The position numbers and the translations under genes are program-made. From assembly GCA_033442325.1 (NCBI GenBank), contig JAWQFM010000007.1, forward strand, positions 7,007 to 71,006: a stretch of 64,000 nt of DNA, given 5' to 3'. The notes beneath the pieces were generated by a model that had not been told where the DNA came from, made no database searches, and saw only the letters and a list, made by a program, of their open reading frames with translations. This document shows positions 13,153 through 29,891 of the stretch, piece by piece. The DNA comes from Salpingoeca rosetta. Its lineage: Eukaryota; Protista; Choanoflagellata. Positions within the stretch are counted from its first letter, which is position 1; every line of letters begins with the position of its first letter.

Positions 13153-14653
13153 GCATCGATGAGTGCACGGCCTGCAGACCCAAGCCTCACCTCCAGTAAC
13201 GGCCGCTGCATCAGCAAGTGCCCCGATGGCGAGTATGAGCTCGGCCAACGGGTGTGCTGAATGCCACTCCACCAAACGCCACCCATTGCATCAACCTGTG
13301 CGACGGCAACCTCACCAGTCGTGCATTGCTCATTGCCCTCTCGACTGGCTACTACGCCAAGGACCACCGCTGCGTGCCATGCACCACGTGTGGCATGGCC
13401 ACCTGGGCCTCCACCCCATGCTCCGCATCCTCCGACGCTGTCTGTTTTCCCCCTGGACCGAGTGCAAGCCAGGCCAGAAGGAGTCAGTCTCTGGCAACGC
13501 CGTGCATGATCGTGCGTGCGTGAGCTGCACCCTTTGGCATGGAGTACCAACCTCTGCCGGACCGCGCCTCGTGCTTCCCCACCAGCGTGTGCGAGGAGCC
13601 CTTGATCGAGACCATCCCGCCCACGCTCACCACAGACCGCCTCTGCTCCTGCGACACACTCACCTGCAACAACCTCATCACGCAGCTGTTTGAGGAGATG
13701 GTGTGCGCCGAGCCCACGGACGAGTCGTTCGACGTGGTGCTTGACGTGTGCTGCTCCGGCCAGGGCGAGGATGGCATCCGCAACACCATTCGCCAGATGG
13801 ACGCCTACGAGGCAGGCCGCTCCTGCCCAGGCTGCACAGACACCTGCGAGTGCAGCGCTGGCTTCATCCTCGTCTACGACGCCGATTCGGCCGGCTGTCG
13901 GCCATGCAACGGCGTGACGGAGTTCTCCCCATCCATTGGCGGCAGCAAGTGCGAGCCCATTCAGGAGTGCGAGCGCGGCTAGGAAGAGGTATCCGCGCCA
14001 AGCCGCTGCTCCTTGGACCGCGTGTGCCGCGACTGCCCGGCCTGCACCATCGACTCGGACAGCGACGGCTCCACGGGTTGCCACATGTGTCCCTCTCGCC
14101 ACTACACGGAGGCGGGCTCCCACGGCTCCGCGCGGGTACCCACCACCATCGACAGCGACCCCACCCCGCCACCCCGTGCAACGACGTCACAGACTGCGCG
14201 CCCGGGTTGAGGAGGTGCAGGCCATGACGCTCATCAGCGACCGCGTCTGCGACGAGTGCCCGGAGGGCACGTACAAGGCTGTCTGGCCAGGGCGTGCCCT
14301 GTCTCCCCGTCACCACGTGCGACGCCGGCGAGGAGGAGACAGCTGAGCCCACCCCCACGAGCGACCGCGTGTGCAGCCAGTGCGAGCTTGGCGCCACCTT
14401 CAAGCCCGTCCAACGGCCAGGCCGAGTCATGCCGCCCCGTCACGCAGTGCGGTCCGGATGAGGAAGAGATTCGCTTTGCGAGCCCACGCGCCAGCACAAC
14501 CGCCTCTGCCGCAAGTGCGTCCAGGACACTTGCGTGCCCGTGTCGCGTTGTGCTGCCTCGGGGGTACATTTCCACGCATGGCCGTGAGCACTTGCGAGTT
14601 TGGCACCTTCCAAAGCCAGGCGCCCACGCTCGACTCCGACTGCGAGTGCACGG
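13153..14653 (+). pseudogene. Cys-rich TNFR/ephrin-receptor-like repeat surface-protein pseudogene fragment
   Basis: Repeated C..C and PT.T.DR.C..C motifs (PPTLTTDRLCSC, LDRVCRDC, ISDRVCDECPEGTYK, TSDRVCSQC). In-frame stops at 13197-13199 and 13980-13982, plus several frameshifts. Confidence 0.75.
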
Positions 14654-14656
14654 CCG

Positions 14657-14933
14657 GAGGTGGTCGGGGCGCTGGTGGCGCACATTGGCACGGGGCAGGC
14701 ACAGGAGGTGGACGCAGCCACGCCTGTGCTGCTGCTGTCGCTGGCCACAGACGACCCGAAGCTGCTGCACCCGTTTGCGCTCATGTTGAACGGCACCCTG
14801 GACTGCCTGAGCACCCTGCACTTCATCCACATTCTGCAGCTCTTCTGTGTCCTGACCACGCTCATGTTTGACCGCCAGCGCACCGCCGCCGCAGGCCTCA
14901 TTCACGCCGAGAACGAGGATGGTGTGTTTGAAT

Positions 14934-14973
<40 letters not shown>

Positions 14974-14984
14974 GTGTGTGTGTG

Positions 14985-15055
<71 letters not shown>

Positions 15056-15302
15056 ATGAACTTGTGCGTTGGGGAAGGCGTGTTGGACAACATAATGTCC
15101 TTCCATGAAGAGCGCCTCTCACCCTTTTCACACCACCACCAACACTACCAACACTACCGCAACCATTCCTTCTGCATTGCACCCCGTGTACGGCAGCTGT
15201 CTCAATCGAACGAAGAGCTGAAATGCATCGGCACCATCGCTGCCACCACCGTCACCCACACCTGGCTCGCTCTTGCCAACGCCGCAGACATCTCCATCGA
15301 CG
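14657..15302 (+). pseudogene. FANCD2: FANCD2 internal fragment (two exons, 14657-14921 and 15197-15302)
   Basis: EVVGALVAHIGTGQAQEVDAA..VLL.L...P..L...ALMLNGTLDCL......ILQLFCVLTTL and QLSQSNEELKCIGTIAA match the recalled FANCD2 segment QEVVGALVTHI.SGNEAEVDTALDVLLEL...FVKGILDYL...IRKLFYVLSTL...KQLSS...KYKLIGIIGA. About 120 codons only, with no start or end. Confidence 0.8.
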
Positions 15303-15593
15303 GTGCGTTTGTGTTCATGCGTGCGTGCGTTTGCGCCCTTGTCTACACCCTTGTTTGCGGTTCACCTGAGTTCCCCGTGTGGACTTGTCGTGCTCCTCCT
15401 CATCCACCACTCACCCGTCTCCTAGGCTGTCCAACAGACAACCATCTCTCCTCGCTGTTGCAGGCATTGCACTTCATCTATGTCGACAAGAGTGTTCAGC
15501 TGACATGCTCCGTTGCCACAACGCCTCCACGTCCACGCCCAGTCATTTGCCTGTCTATCGTGGCGTCGTTTCCTCCCCCCCCCCCACCGCCAG

Positions 15594-16380
15594 CTCCAAC
15601 AGCTACCAAGAGCAAGCACATCTATCGGGATGCGTGAACGGGGATGGCGGACTCACCATCGACCCACCGCCGCCACAGCCGTATGGGTTCAGGTCGCTCG
15701 CCGACCCCGGCAGGCACGTGTGCGCCGGGATCCCCAAGCGCACGTTCCAGCACAACAACTCCCTCAACACGATTGTGGTTTGCGCAGGCAACACAATTGT
15801 GGTTTGCGCAGACGGACGGGTGTGCCCCAAACGCGGGTGGCGTGCTCTAACTTCTCGTCCGAAGGACACGCACGTGGTTGTCAGCGAGAAGACGCTGCAG
15901 GCGCCGTTCGAGACGAAGCTGCAGCTGCCGTCGGGGATTGCCGCCGTGTTCGCGGGCACAGTGCGCAGAAAGACCGACGTGGAGACAAGACTGCGGAAGC
16001 ACGCTGCCGGAACGCAGACCTCTTCACGTTCCTGATGTCGCTGCAGCCCTTTGTATGGTGGGACCTGTCGCTGGGGACGGGCGACCTGAACCCGGAGGAG
16101 GAGACGGTGGAGGAGGTGCAGCACGAGAGTTGGGCGCATCCACGCGCTCACACCGGCGTTCCCGATGGGCGTGGGCCTGCGGCGACAACGTGCTGTTCCG
16201 CACGGTCGGGGACGGACAGCGAGTACATTCTGGCGACCCAGCCCTTCGACAAGGCCGCTGGGTGCCGTGCACACTGATCAACCGAACCCGCTGCCGATGC
16301 CGCCGCTCTTTGTCGTGCTGATGGAGACATGTGCCACCGGCCGCGCCCTGGAGCTGATGCGTGGATGGGTTGAGGGAAGT
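15594..16380 (+). pseudogene. Frameshifted coding remnant of unknown family
   Basis: GC-rich, codon-like stretch whose plausible frame changes at ~16000, ~16180 and ~16270. It contains a 24 bp tandem duplication (NTIVVCAG/NTIVVCAD, ~15766-15813). No family was recognised. Confidence 0.45.
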
Positions 16381-16385
16381 AGACC

Positions 16386-16451
16386 TGTTTGGTTGACGTG
16401 TGGCGTGGTAGGTTGTTGCTTGCTTGTTTGGTTGACGTGTGGCGTGGTAGG
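16386..16451. repeat. 27 bp direct repeat (tgtttggttgacgtgtggcgtggtagg x2)
   Basis: Identical copies at ~16386 and ~16425. Confidence 0.8.
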
Positions 16452-16546
16452 GTATATGCTCGTTGCTTGTCAGCCGGTTGGATTGCGTGAAGAGAGTAAG
16501 GCAAGCACGTAAAGGAAAGACAGGAGCAAAGAGGCAAACCAGCAAG

Positions 16547-16581
<35 letters not shown>

Positions 16582-16593
16582 CACAGCACACAG

Positions 16594-18595
16594 TCAAGTG
16601 GTGGCGTTGATGCGGCTGTTGATGGCGGTGCACCAGTCAGCGAGCGAGGTGTCAGAGCGCGCGTGCAGGCGGAAGACGAATGTGCGGCCAGGAACAGCAA
16701 CGTGCAGCTCTTCGTCACCATGGGCGAGCTCAGCTGATAGCACGTTGGAAAGGGAGATGCGTCGCTTGGCCGTGCCTGAAGCCGACTTGCCGTACGCGAA
16801 GTGGCCGTTGTCGTCAAGCTTGCACCAGCACGGGCGAAAGGCGGCCCTCCGTCGCCCACGCTTCCGCAACCAGCCGGCCGGAGGCCGTTGTGGAGAACGC
16901 TCCTGCGGCTCGTCTTCGTCTGCTGCATCTTGCTGGCCAGCCACAGCTTGCACTTGGTCATCACCGCTCCCTTCCTGCTGCTTCTCCTGCTGCTTCTGCT
17001 CGTCGTTCTCCTTGTCCTTCTCCTCATCCTCGCCCAGGGAATCGGCCGTGCGTGCACCGCCGTCATCGGGCTCGTCGTCACCGCGAATGCGTTGCAGTTC
17101 GCACTCTGCCATGCGTGTGTGTGGGTGGTCTGGCCCAAGCATGACCACGAAAACATTGAGCGCCTGTTGGACGTAGACGCAGGCCTGCTCCTTGTCCCCG
17201 CGCTTGTCGTGCAGCAGGCCAATGTTGAAGCACGATGTGGCTACGCTCGGGTGCTTCTCGCCCAACGCTTCCACCGTGATGGCGAGGTCCTTCTCATACA
17301 GCTGGATGGCCTTGTCGTAGTCGCCCTTGCTGTGGTAGACGCTGCCGAGGTTGCCGTAGGTGCTCGCTGTACTCGGGTGCTTCTCTCCCACTGTGTCCAC
17401 CTTGATGGTGAGGGCCTTCTCGTAGCAGCCAATGGCTCTGTCGTACTCGCCTTTGCTGTAGTATGCTTCGCCGAGGTTGTTGTACGTGGTTGCTGTGTTC
17501 GGGTGATGTTCGCCCAACGTCTCCACCTTGATGGCGAGGGCCTTCTCATGGTACGCAATCGCCTTGTCGTAGTCGCCTTTGCTGTGGTAGGCGATACCGA
17601 GGTTGTTGTACGTCTGTGCCGTGCTCGGATGCTTCTCACCCAGCGTCTCCACCCTGATGGCGAGGGCCTTCTCATAAAACGCAACTGCCTTGTCGTAGTC
17701 GCCCTTGCTGTAGTAGGCGTTGCCGAGGTTGTTGTAGGTGTCGGCTGTGCTCGGGTGCTTCTCACCCAACGCCTCCACCGTGATGGCGAGCGCCTTCTCG
17801 TACAGCTGGACGGCTCTGTCGTACTCGCCCTTGTCGGCGTAGGCGGCGCCGAGGTTGTTGTACAACGCCGCCACGTTCCCTCCCTTCTCCCCCTCAGTGC
17901 GGAGGTAAACCGCCAGCGCTGTCTCGTAGTAGGCAATGGCCTTGTCGTGCTCGCCAAACTGCAACAACACGCTTCCAACCTCACCACGCAGCTTTGCGAA
18001 AGCATCAGTGCTGTCCTCGCCGCGTGCCCGCATTGCTTCGACGGCACCCACCGCCTTTTGCAGGCACCACGCGCGCAGCTGGTCTTTCACGGCCTGGTTG
18101 ACTGCGCTGAAGCCACCCGCCCACGACTCGATCGCCGTGAAGATCATGTGTTTGTCATGGGGGTTAAAGGCGTCGGCTCGCTGTGCCTGCACGCGCACCA
18201 GTGTGTCGGTGACGGCTTCATAGTCGTCGCGAATGGCGTTTTCGAGTGCCTGTTCTTCGCTGTTGGGTAGTTGGATGGTGACCTCTGTGCCTTCGTTGCT
18301 GATGCCACAGAAGATCTCCCACAAACACCACGCGCGTGTCAAGGGAACAGGGTCTCGCCACGGCATGAGCACCAGCAGCACATGGCCAATGTTGGCAATC
18401 GACTGCTTGAACGTCGTGCTCCACCTGGGTGTTGACAAAAGGGAAAAGGGGGAGAGGAAAGGATGGAAAGAGGAGGACAGGGAAGAAGGGGGAGGGGTTC
18501 TAGCTTTTGTGAGGGAACAGTGTGCGTGTCTGTGTGCGTGTGGCAGTGGTTGTTGAAGAGCACAAGAGTTTCACACACACACACGCACGCGCAAA

Positions 18596-18629
<34 letters not shown>

Positions 18630-19014
18630 CACACCACTCTTGTGGGAGGTTAGCCGTGACGTTGGCGTTTTGGTTGTTCATGAAGAGGTCAAACCAGAAG
18701 AACACCGGCTGGCCGTCGTCCTTCCTTGCTTGCTCCTCCGCAAACTCCAGCAAGACATTGAGCACGTCTGCGATCTTGTACCGCCAAGCGTGTGACACAA
18801 AGACGGTGGCCTTGTTCACGTGCTCTGGCGACTGCTTGCGCAGCTGCTCGACGTAGGCGCAGTTGTCCTGGCGCGTGCGTGGCACAACCAGTTGCTTGCA
18901 GGCATCCTCCGTGGTCATCTCAGTGTACGTGTCGGGGAACTCGCGCTTCAGATCACCCAGAAACCGCCGCACAGCTGCCACGGACACGCCGTGCGTCAGT
19001 CGCTGGTCAGCCAT
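16594..19014 (-). CDS. TPR-repeat protein (kinesin-light-chain-type 42 aa TPRs) with an N-terminal TIR/HET-like domain and a C-terminal PH domain; exons 19014-18635 and 18424-16594
   Basis: A single GT-AG intron joins LPQEW/WSTTFK in frame. About 6 repeats of A.TYNNLG.AY..KG.YD.AI..YEKAL.I..E.LGE.HP. C-terminal PH signature AGWLRKRG...FRPCWCKL...RTFVFR...LADWCTAI. Confidence 0.9.
17200..17960 (-). repeat. 126 bp coding tandem repeat (TPR array)
   Basis: Near-identical units gccttgtcgtagtcgcc(c/t)ttgctgt recur with 126 bp periodicity. Confidence 0.9.
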
Positions 19015-19534
19015 GGCTGTGTCTCTGTGTGTGTGTGGAGCCTGTGGAGCGGTGTGGGGGGGGGGGGGGGTTGGACTTGGAGGTCAACCGCTCAGTGGGC
19101 AATCCGTGTGGTGCGGACGGTCGGCTTGAGGGCTTGAGGGCTTGGTGGCGCGGGGCGAGGTGCCAGGAAGAGGGGACGATCGAGGAGATGGTCGAAGTGG
19201 GAGAGACAAACAGGGAGAGGAAGAGGGGAGTGGGGTTGGTTGCTTTGGTTGGAGGGGAGGGGGAAGGGGAGAAACAGAAGAGTGGCAAGGTTGTGAGGGT
19301 GGTTGCAGTGCACAGTGCACAAGAGAGAGAGAGGGAAAAGAAGAACTGGCGTGGTTTTCGCCTTTATTTTTTTTGTGTCTCTGCCGTGGTTATTTTGCCA
19401 TTGAATCAGATGACGAGTGTCAATCACCAGCTCCTCCAACGACGGCACGCGGTTGCACGCACTTGCTTGCAAAGACGAGCTGGTGTCCTCCCGAACCACT
19501 CACGCCAACCAAGGAACACCCACCCGATTCAACC

Positions 19535-24004
<4,470 letters not shown>

Positions 24005-24029
24005 TCGCAACAACAGCCAACAGCCAACA

Positions 24030-24372
<343 letters not shown>

Positions 24373-24719
24373 GACGAGGACAAGTACACCCCCATGGTTG
24401 CAATGACAACAGCAACTGCAGCACCATGGCTGGTTTGGTCTGATTTCCGCTGCCATCACCGATTGCGCTGCTTGTTTGCTTTCCCATCCTGCCCATACAC
24501 GCGTGCGCTGTTTGTCCCATGCTTTCACTCCCTCCTTTCCCTTCCCCACCTCGCTCACCGCCCTCGTTCTTTCCTAGTGCTTGTTACGCTCGTTTAATCG
24601 TTGCTCATTGACGCCTCGTTAGTTGAACCACCAAATCAATACAACGCCCCAACAAAGTTGTGGTTGTACACGTGTCTTGCTCGCAACACACACCTCCACA
24701 CACACCTCCACACACACCT

Positions 24720-24847
<128 letters not shown>

Positions 24848-25027
24848 CCATGTAACCCGACTGAATTCAGTCCATCTGTGAAAATTTGCGAATGTTTTCG
24901 TTTGTTTATCGCCACACGGCCAACACAAGCAACAAGCAGCAAGAACAGCAGCACATTCACCCGCAACAAAAAGCAACCACGCTGCCACCCACCACGGCTA
25001 CAAACTCCTGCTTCTGCTTCCCACGCG

Positions 25028-25819
25028 ATGGTGCTGTCACGGTTGTCGCTGAGGCGACTTGCGCCCGTTTCTGTGTCCGCAGCGCACGCTGCGAGGGCAA
25101 GGGCAGCTGCGCATCAAGGTGTGGTGAGGATAGCAGGTGCACAATCCACGGTCCGCTTCGCCTCCACTGGGGACAAGAAGCAAGGCGACGACGAGGACGC
25201 CGCTCAGCACGCTGCGAAGGCAGCCAAGGATAAGAAGGAAGAGAGCCAGAAGCCCCAGGAAGAGCAGCAGCAGCAGCAGCAGCAGCAGGCGTCGTCATTG
25301 GCGTCCGGCGCTGGCAGCGAGTGAGTGTATGGTGCCCTGCCTTGCGCATGGTGCACGTCGCTGCACGTCGCTGCATATCCACCTTCGTCCTCCTTCATGC
25401 TGCTTCATCCACGCTTCATCCACGCTTCATCCACGCTTCATTCACGCTTCATCCACGCTTCATCTACCTTCGCCCACCCAGGTCATCTTTCTCACCCCAT
25501 GAACTCAAACACTTCCTTGCATTCCCCTTCCTGCCTCTCCCTTTCCTGACAGGGCGAAGGAGCAGAAGGAGGAGCTGCGTGGGCCCATTCGCAAGCTGGT
25601 CGACCTGTTCCACCACCTCAAGTCACAGGTGACCGAGGATAACGTCCACTACGACCGCTCCAAGCCGTACCAAGCTCCTGTAGACCGCAGGCGCTCGTCC
25701 ATCGAACGCCCTGCCAAGGCTATCGAAGAGAACAAGTGTGTTTTCGTTGTGCTGTCGTGTGTGTTGTGTGTTGTGTTGGGCTGTGTTGGGCTGTGTTGTG
25801 TGTGTGTGTGCGTGTGTGT

Positions 25820-25852
<33 letters not shown>

Positions 25853-26092
25853 GTGTGCGCATGTGCTGTGCGCTGTGCGCTGTGTTGCATAACACGCCAG
25901 CGTGAACGTGGGCTGCTTCTTTGCGTTCCTGGCGCTCCCGCCGCTCCTATTGGACGTTGCTTTCATCACATACTCACACATCCTGTGTTCTCGTTCACGT
26001 GCGGAGGGATGCGACCGGCGTGGTGATGCACAAGGAGTCACGCTGGGAATCGCAGTGGAAGAACTTCAAGGACACAAACCCCGTTGTGAGCG
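25028..26092 (+). CDS. TIM44: Mitochondrial import translocase TIM44, N-terminal part only (exons 25028-25320, ~25553-25735, ~26007-26092); C-terminal domain missing
   Basis: Arg/Ser/Ala-rich presequence MVLSRLSLRRLAP. PYQAP..RR...AIEENKDATGVVMHKESRWESQWKNFKDTNPVV matches TIMM44 PYRRP...EPNEEALGVVLHKDSKWYQQWKDFKENNVV. Confidence 0.8.
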
Positions 26093-26201
26093 GTGCGTCT
26101 CGGTGGTGTGGTTACGCATGTGCATGTTTGATATGCCATGCAATCCCAGTAGTGCTCCTTACGTTGGTCTGCTCAAGCTTGCACAATTTACTCCCTCCCA
26201 C

Positions 26202-26344
26202 TCACTCCAACACGTTGTAGAACACCCACTGCTCGTGGTAGCTGGGCACTGTCACAGTTTCCTGCAAGGGCACGTGGTGTGTGTGGGGGGGGGGAGGAGC
26301 GGCGCCCGCAGTTTCACCGACACCATCTCTGACCGTTTCCGTAC

Positions 26345-26432
<88 letters not shown>

Positions 26433-27342
26433 ACACACACACAGGCACAGCAACAACAACACAGCACAGCACAACACAACACGCACACACACACACATGC
26501 AAAACAAAACACACACACACATACACACATGCGCCAACCTTAGTGAAGCTGAGCTTGCATGGGAGGGTGGTGAGCTGCTGCTCATACATGGCAAGGGCCT
26601 GGGGCATGTTGAAGCTGTTGCCTTGCGTCAGGTACCGCCCGCCTTGGCGCAGCACCGTCATGGACAGCTGCAGCACAAGCTTGAGGAAGTCCCAGTCAGA
26701 GCCCTTTGGAGAGTGCGTGACGGGGATGGCAGTCAGGTCGTTGATGATCACGTCAAACGCCCGGCCTGAGGTGGTGACGGGAGTGGTGGTTATGGTGGTG
26801 GTGGTAGTGAGGGACAGTGTGTAATTGTGGTGGAGGAGGAGGAGAGGCAGAGGGAGCAGCGAATGGAAAAAGGCCAAATACCGCAGCGCACCTTCTTTGC
26901 CCCAGCGCTCAAGCTCGGGAATGCAGTCCTTGACCAACACCTGAGAGGGACGAACAGAGAAAGCGAATGTGTGTGTGTTTGTGTGAGTGAGTGAGTGAGT
27001 GAGTGAGTGAGTGAGTGAGTGAGTGAGTGAGTGAGTGAGTGAGTGAGTGAGTGAGTGAGTGAGTGAGTGAGTGAGTGAGTGAGTGAGTGAGTGAGTGAGT
27101 GAGTGAGTGAGTGAGTGAGTGAGTGGGTAAAACGTGGACACACGGGCACACGCACGCACACACACATACACACGCACGCACGCACGCACACACCTCGTAG
27201 TTGTCGCCTGTGAGCGAGTCCATGGCGTCGCCGCAAATGCCGCGAAGATGCTCTTTGGCCGCGTCAATCACAACCTGGATATGGACGTGTGGTGCAAACA
27301 CACGTGTCTCATTCTCTCAGTCCTGATGGTGGCTTCAATGTC

Positions 27343-27441
<99 letters not shown>

Positions 27442-27792
27442 GCGCGCGCGCATACGCACCTGGTCAATCTCGACCATGGTCACCATCTTGGGGTTGAGCT
27501 TCACAATCTCCCGCAGAATGCCGCCGTCGCCACCGCCTGTGCAGCGAACGGTGTTCATGAGGCGCAGGGACTCATAAGTAAGCAGGCGCGCAGTGGCTAG
27601 AGGTGTGCGTTATGAGTTGGCAGGTCGCATGGCATGGTCGTACCCAAGATGAGGACGTCCTTGCCCGTGTAGTCGATACTGCCCGAGCCCATGATGGCCT
27701 GCAAACGGAAGATACGCGAGCAGCAGGTGTGTCAGCTTGTGAGCACGTGCTTGCTGACTGCACCCACTGCCGCGACAATCAACTAAAGTCAT

Positions 27793-27885
<93 letters not shown>

Positions 27886-28974
27886 CGCACACACTTACAC
27901 ACACACACACGCACACACGCACGCACACACACACACACACACACATACGCACACACACACACACACCTACACACACACACATGCGCGCACGAACCTTGGT
28001 GTAGGCAATGTCGCTCTCGCCGAGGTTGACGTCGTCGTCCAGAAGAAGGATGTTGCCAAACTGACGCGAGTGCATGATCTTCACGTCCTTTGACAGCAAC
28101 AGCAAGGCAAAGTGCAGGCGACACCGAAGTGTCAGCACACGCGTTGTGCCCAACACACACACACACACACACACACTTACACACACACACACACACACAC
28201 GCGCACACACTTACACACACGCTAACACACACACACACACACACTTACACACACACACATACACACACGCACACACATATGCACACACGCACACACTTAT
28301 ACACATACACACACATCTATATGCCATACCTGGTATGGGGATTGCTCGTGGAAGACCGTCTTGTCAAAGTCGTACTGGATGAGCAGGCCATCCGCAGACG
28401 GCACGTACGGGTCAAAGGCACCACCGCGCACAATGGGCGGGAACACCTTCGCAGACACGCTGGTCTGGGTTTCGTTATCCTCGCTGGGTTCGTTATGCTG
28501 GGCGCTGCTGGGCACCGTGTTGCTGCTGCTGCGCGTGCTGGTGGCGGTGCTGGCCTCGGCGCTTGCCTCGCTGCCGCCGCACGTCTCGTCCACCACCTGC
28601 TGCAGCGTCGACTTGAGCTCGGCCACCTGCTCCTCTGTGATGGGCTCCTCGCCGGCGGTGAGGCTCAGCGAGATGTCCACTGTGCACAAGCCCGTTGCCA
28701 GTGCACGCACGGTGCCGAACGAGCCCGCGTTGCTGCACAGGAAGGCGACGGCGGCGTTGTCGGAGTTGCAGTCGCGCACGTGGTCAAGCGCCAGCCCCTC
28801 CACGGCCTGCAGGGCCTCACGCATGCGCGTCGCCGTCATGGACAGGTCGCACATGCGCTGCTTGCTCGCTCGCAAGTCAATCAAGATGTGGTGCACGCGG
28901 TCGCTGCCGTTGTGCGCTGCCAGACATGGCGACGCATGCAGCCCGCGCACAGCAACCTCACTGCCCTCGCTCAT
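26202..28974 (-). CDS. SMS: Spermine synthase (animal type), ~8 exons
   Basis: [24 protein letters not shown]...[65 protein letters not shown] and VPSY.EQWVFY are all characteristic of metazoan SMS. Confidence 0.95.
26983..27124. repeat. (GTGA)n tetranucleotide microsatellite in an SMS intron
   Basis: Perfect gagt run. Confidence 0.95.
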
Positions 28975-29097
28975 ATCCAATGGTTGCTGTCTTGATTGTG
29001 TGTGGCTGTGCAGTGTGATGTTTGTGTTTGTGTGGGGAATGAATGGTTTATGTTATCGCATGAAAACAACACAATCACACGTGCTCATCGTCATCTC

Positions 29098-29349
29098 TCA
29101 TATCTTCAACTTGTCCAGGTCCTCAGCATCAAAGTCAACTCTGCACACCATGCATGAGGAGGAGGCAGGGAGTGGCGGCATGTGAGCTGGCCCAGTGCAC
29201 ATGCAAGTGCACGCACAGGTGCACAGAAACACAGGCACACACGCGCGTGTACACACGAAGTGACAAGAATTCACACCGTTCACACCATTCACGCAGTTCC
29301 AGTCACACAAACACATACAGACAGACACACACACACACACACAGACGGA

Positions 29350-29420
<71 letters not shown>

Positions 29421-29792
29421 AGACAACCGCATGCTGCTGACCTTCGCGTGAGGATGGAGACAACCTCATCTGGGGAGAGGTTCCAGTTGGCAGCACCAGC
29501 ATCGTAGTAGTCGTACACGGCGTGCACGCGGTCGAGCGTGAGGAGCAGACACATGCGGTTGATGCGATGGAAGCGGTCTGTCACGGGCCACATCACCGCA
29601 TCCGACACGCGGGTCGACAGCTCCGTCATGTCCTTCTCCAACTGCAGGCCACCGAGCTGCCACACGGGAAACAGTGCAAGGCGGAGGGATAAGGTGGTGC
29701 AATGCAGCGCATGAATTGCAATCAGCTGGACCAGCCTCTCCGGCAACGTCGACACGTACACCCGTGCATGAACACAAAATGCGTCTGCGACA

Positions 29793-29891
<99 letters not shown>

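Noticed and set aside
13980-13982. In-frame TAG in the Cys-repeat ORF as possible readthrough or recoding
   Set aside because: It is surrounded by independent frameshifts and another stop. Intact genes in the window use TAG as a normal stop (ABCG), so pseudogenisation is simpler.
17200-17960. Regularly spaced repeats resembling a CRISPR array
   Set aside because: These are 126 bp in-frame coding TPR units with no unique spacers and no cas genes, in a eukaryotic context.
16801-18270. 489 aa plus-strand ORF antisense to the TPR gene
   Set aside because: It is a shadow ORF caused by GC-rich codon bias of the real minus-strand gene.
25402-25462. 11 bp tandem repeat gcttcatccac in TIM44 intron 1, and a similar 24 bp repeat at ~49929-50000
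   Set aside because: These are ordinary slippage-type intronic minisatellites with no further structure.
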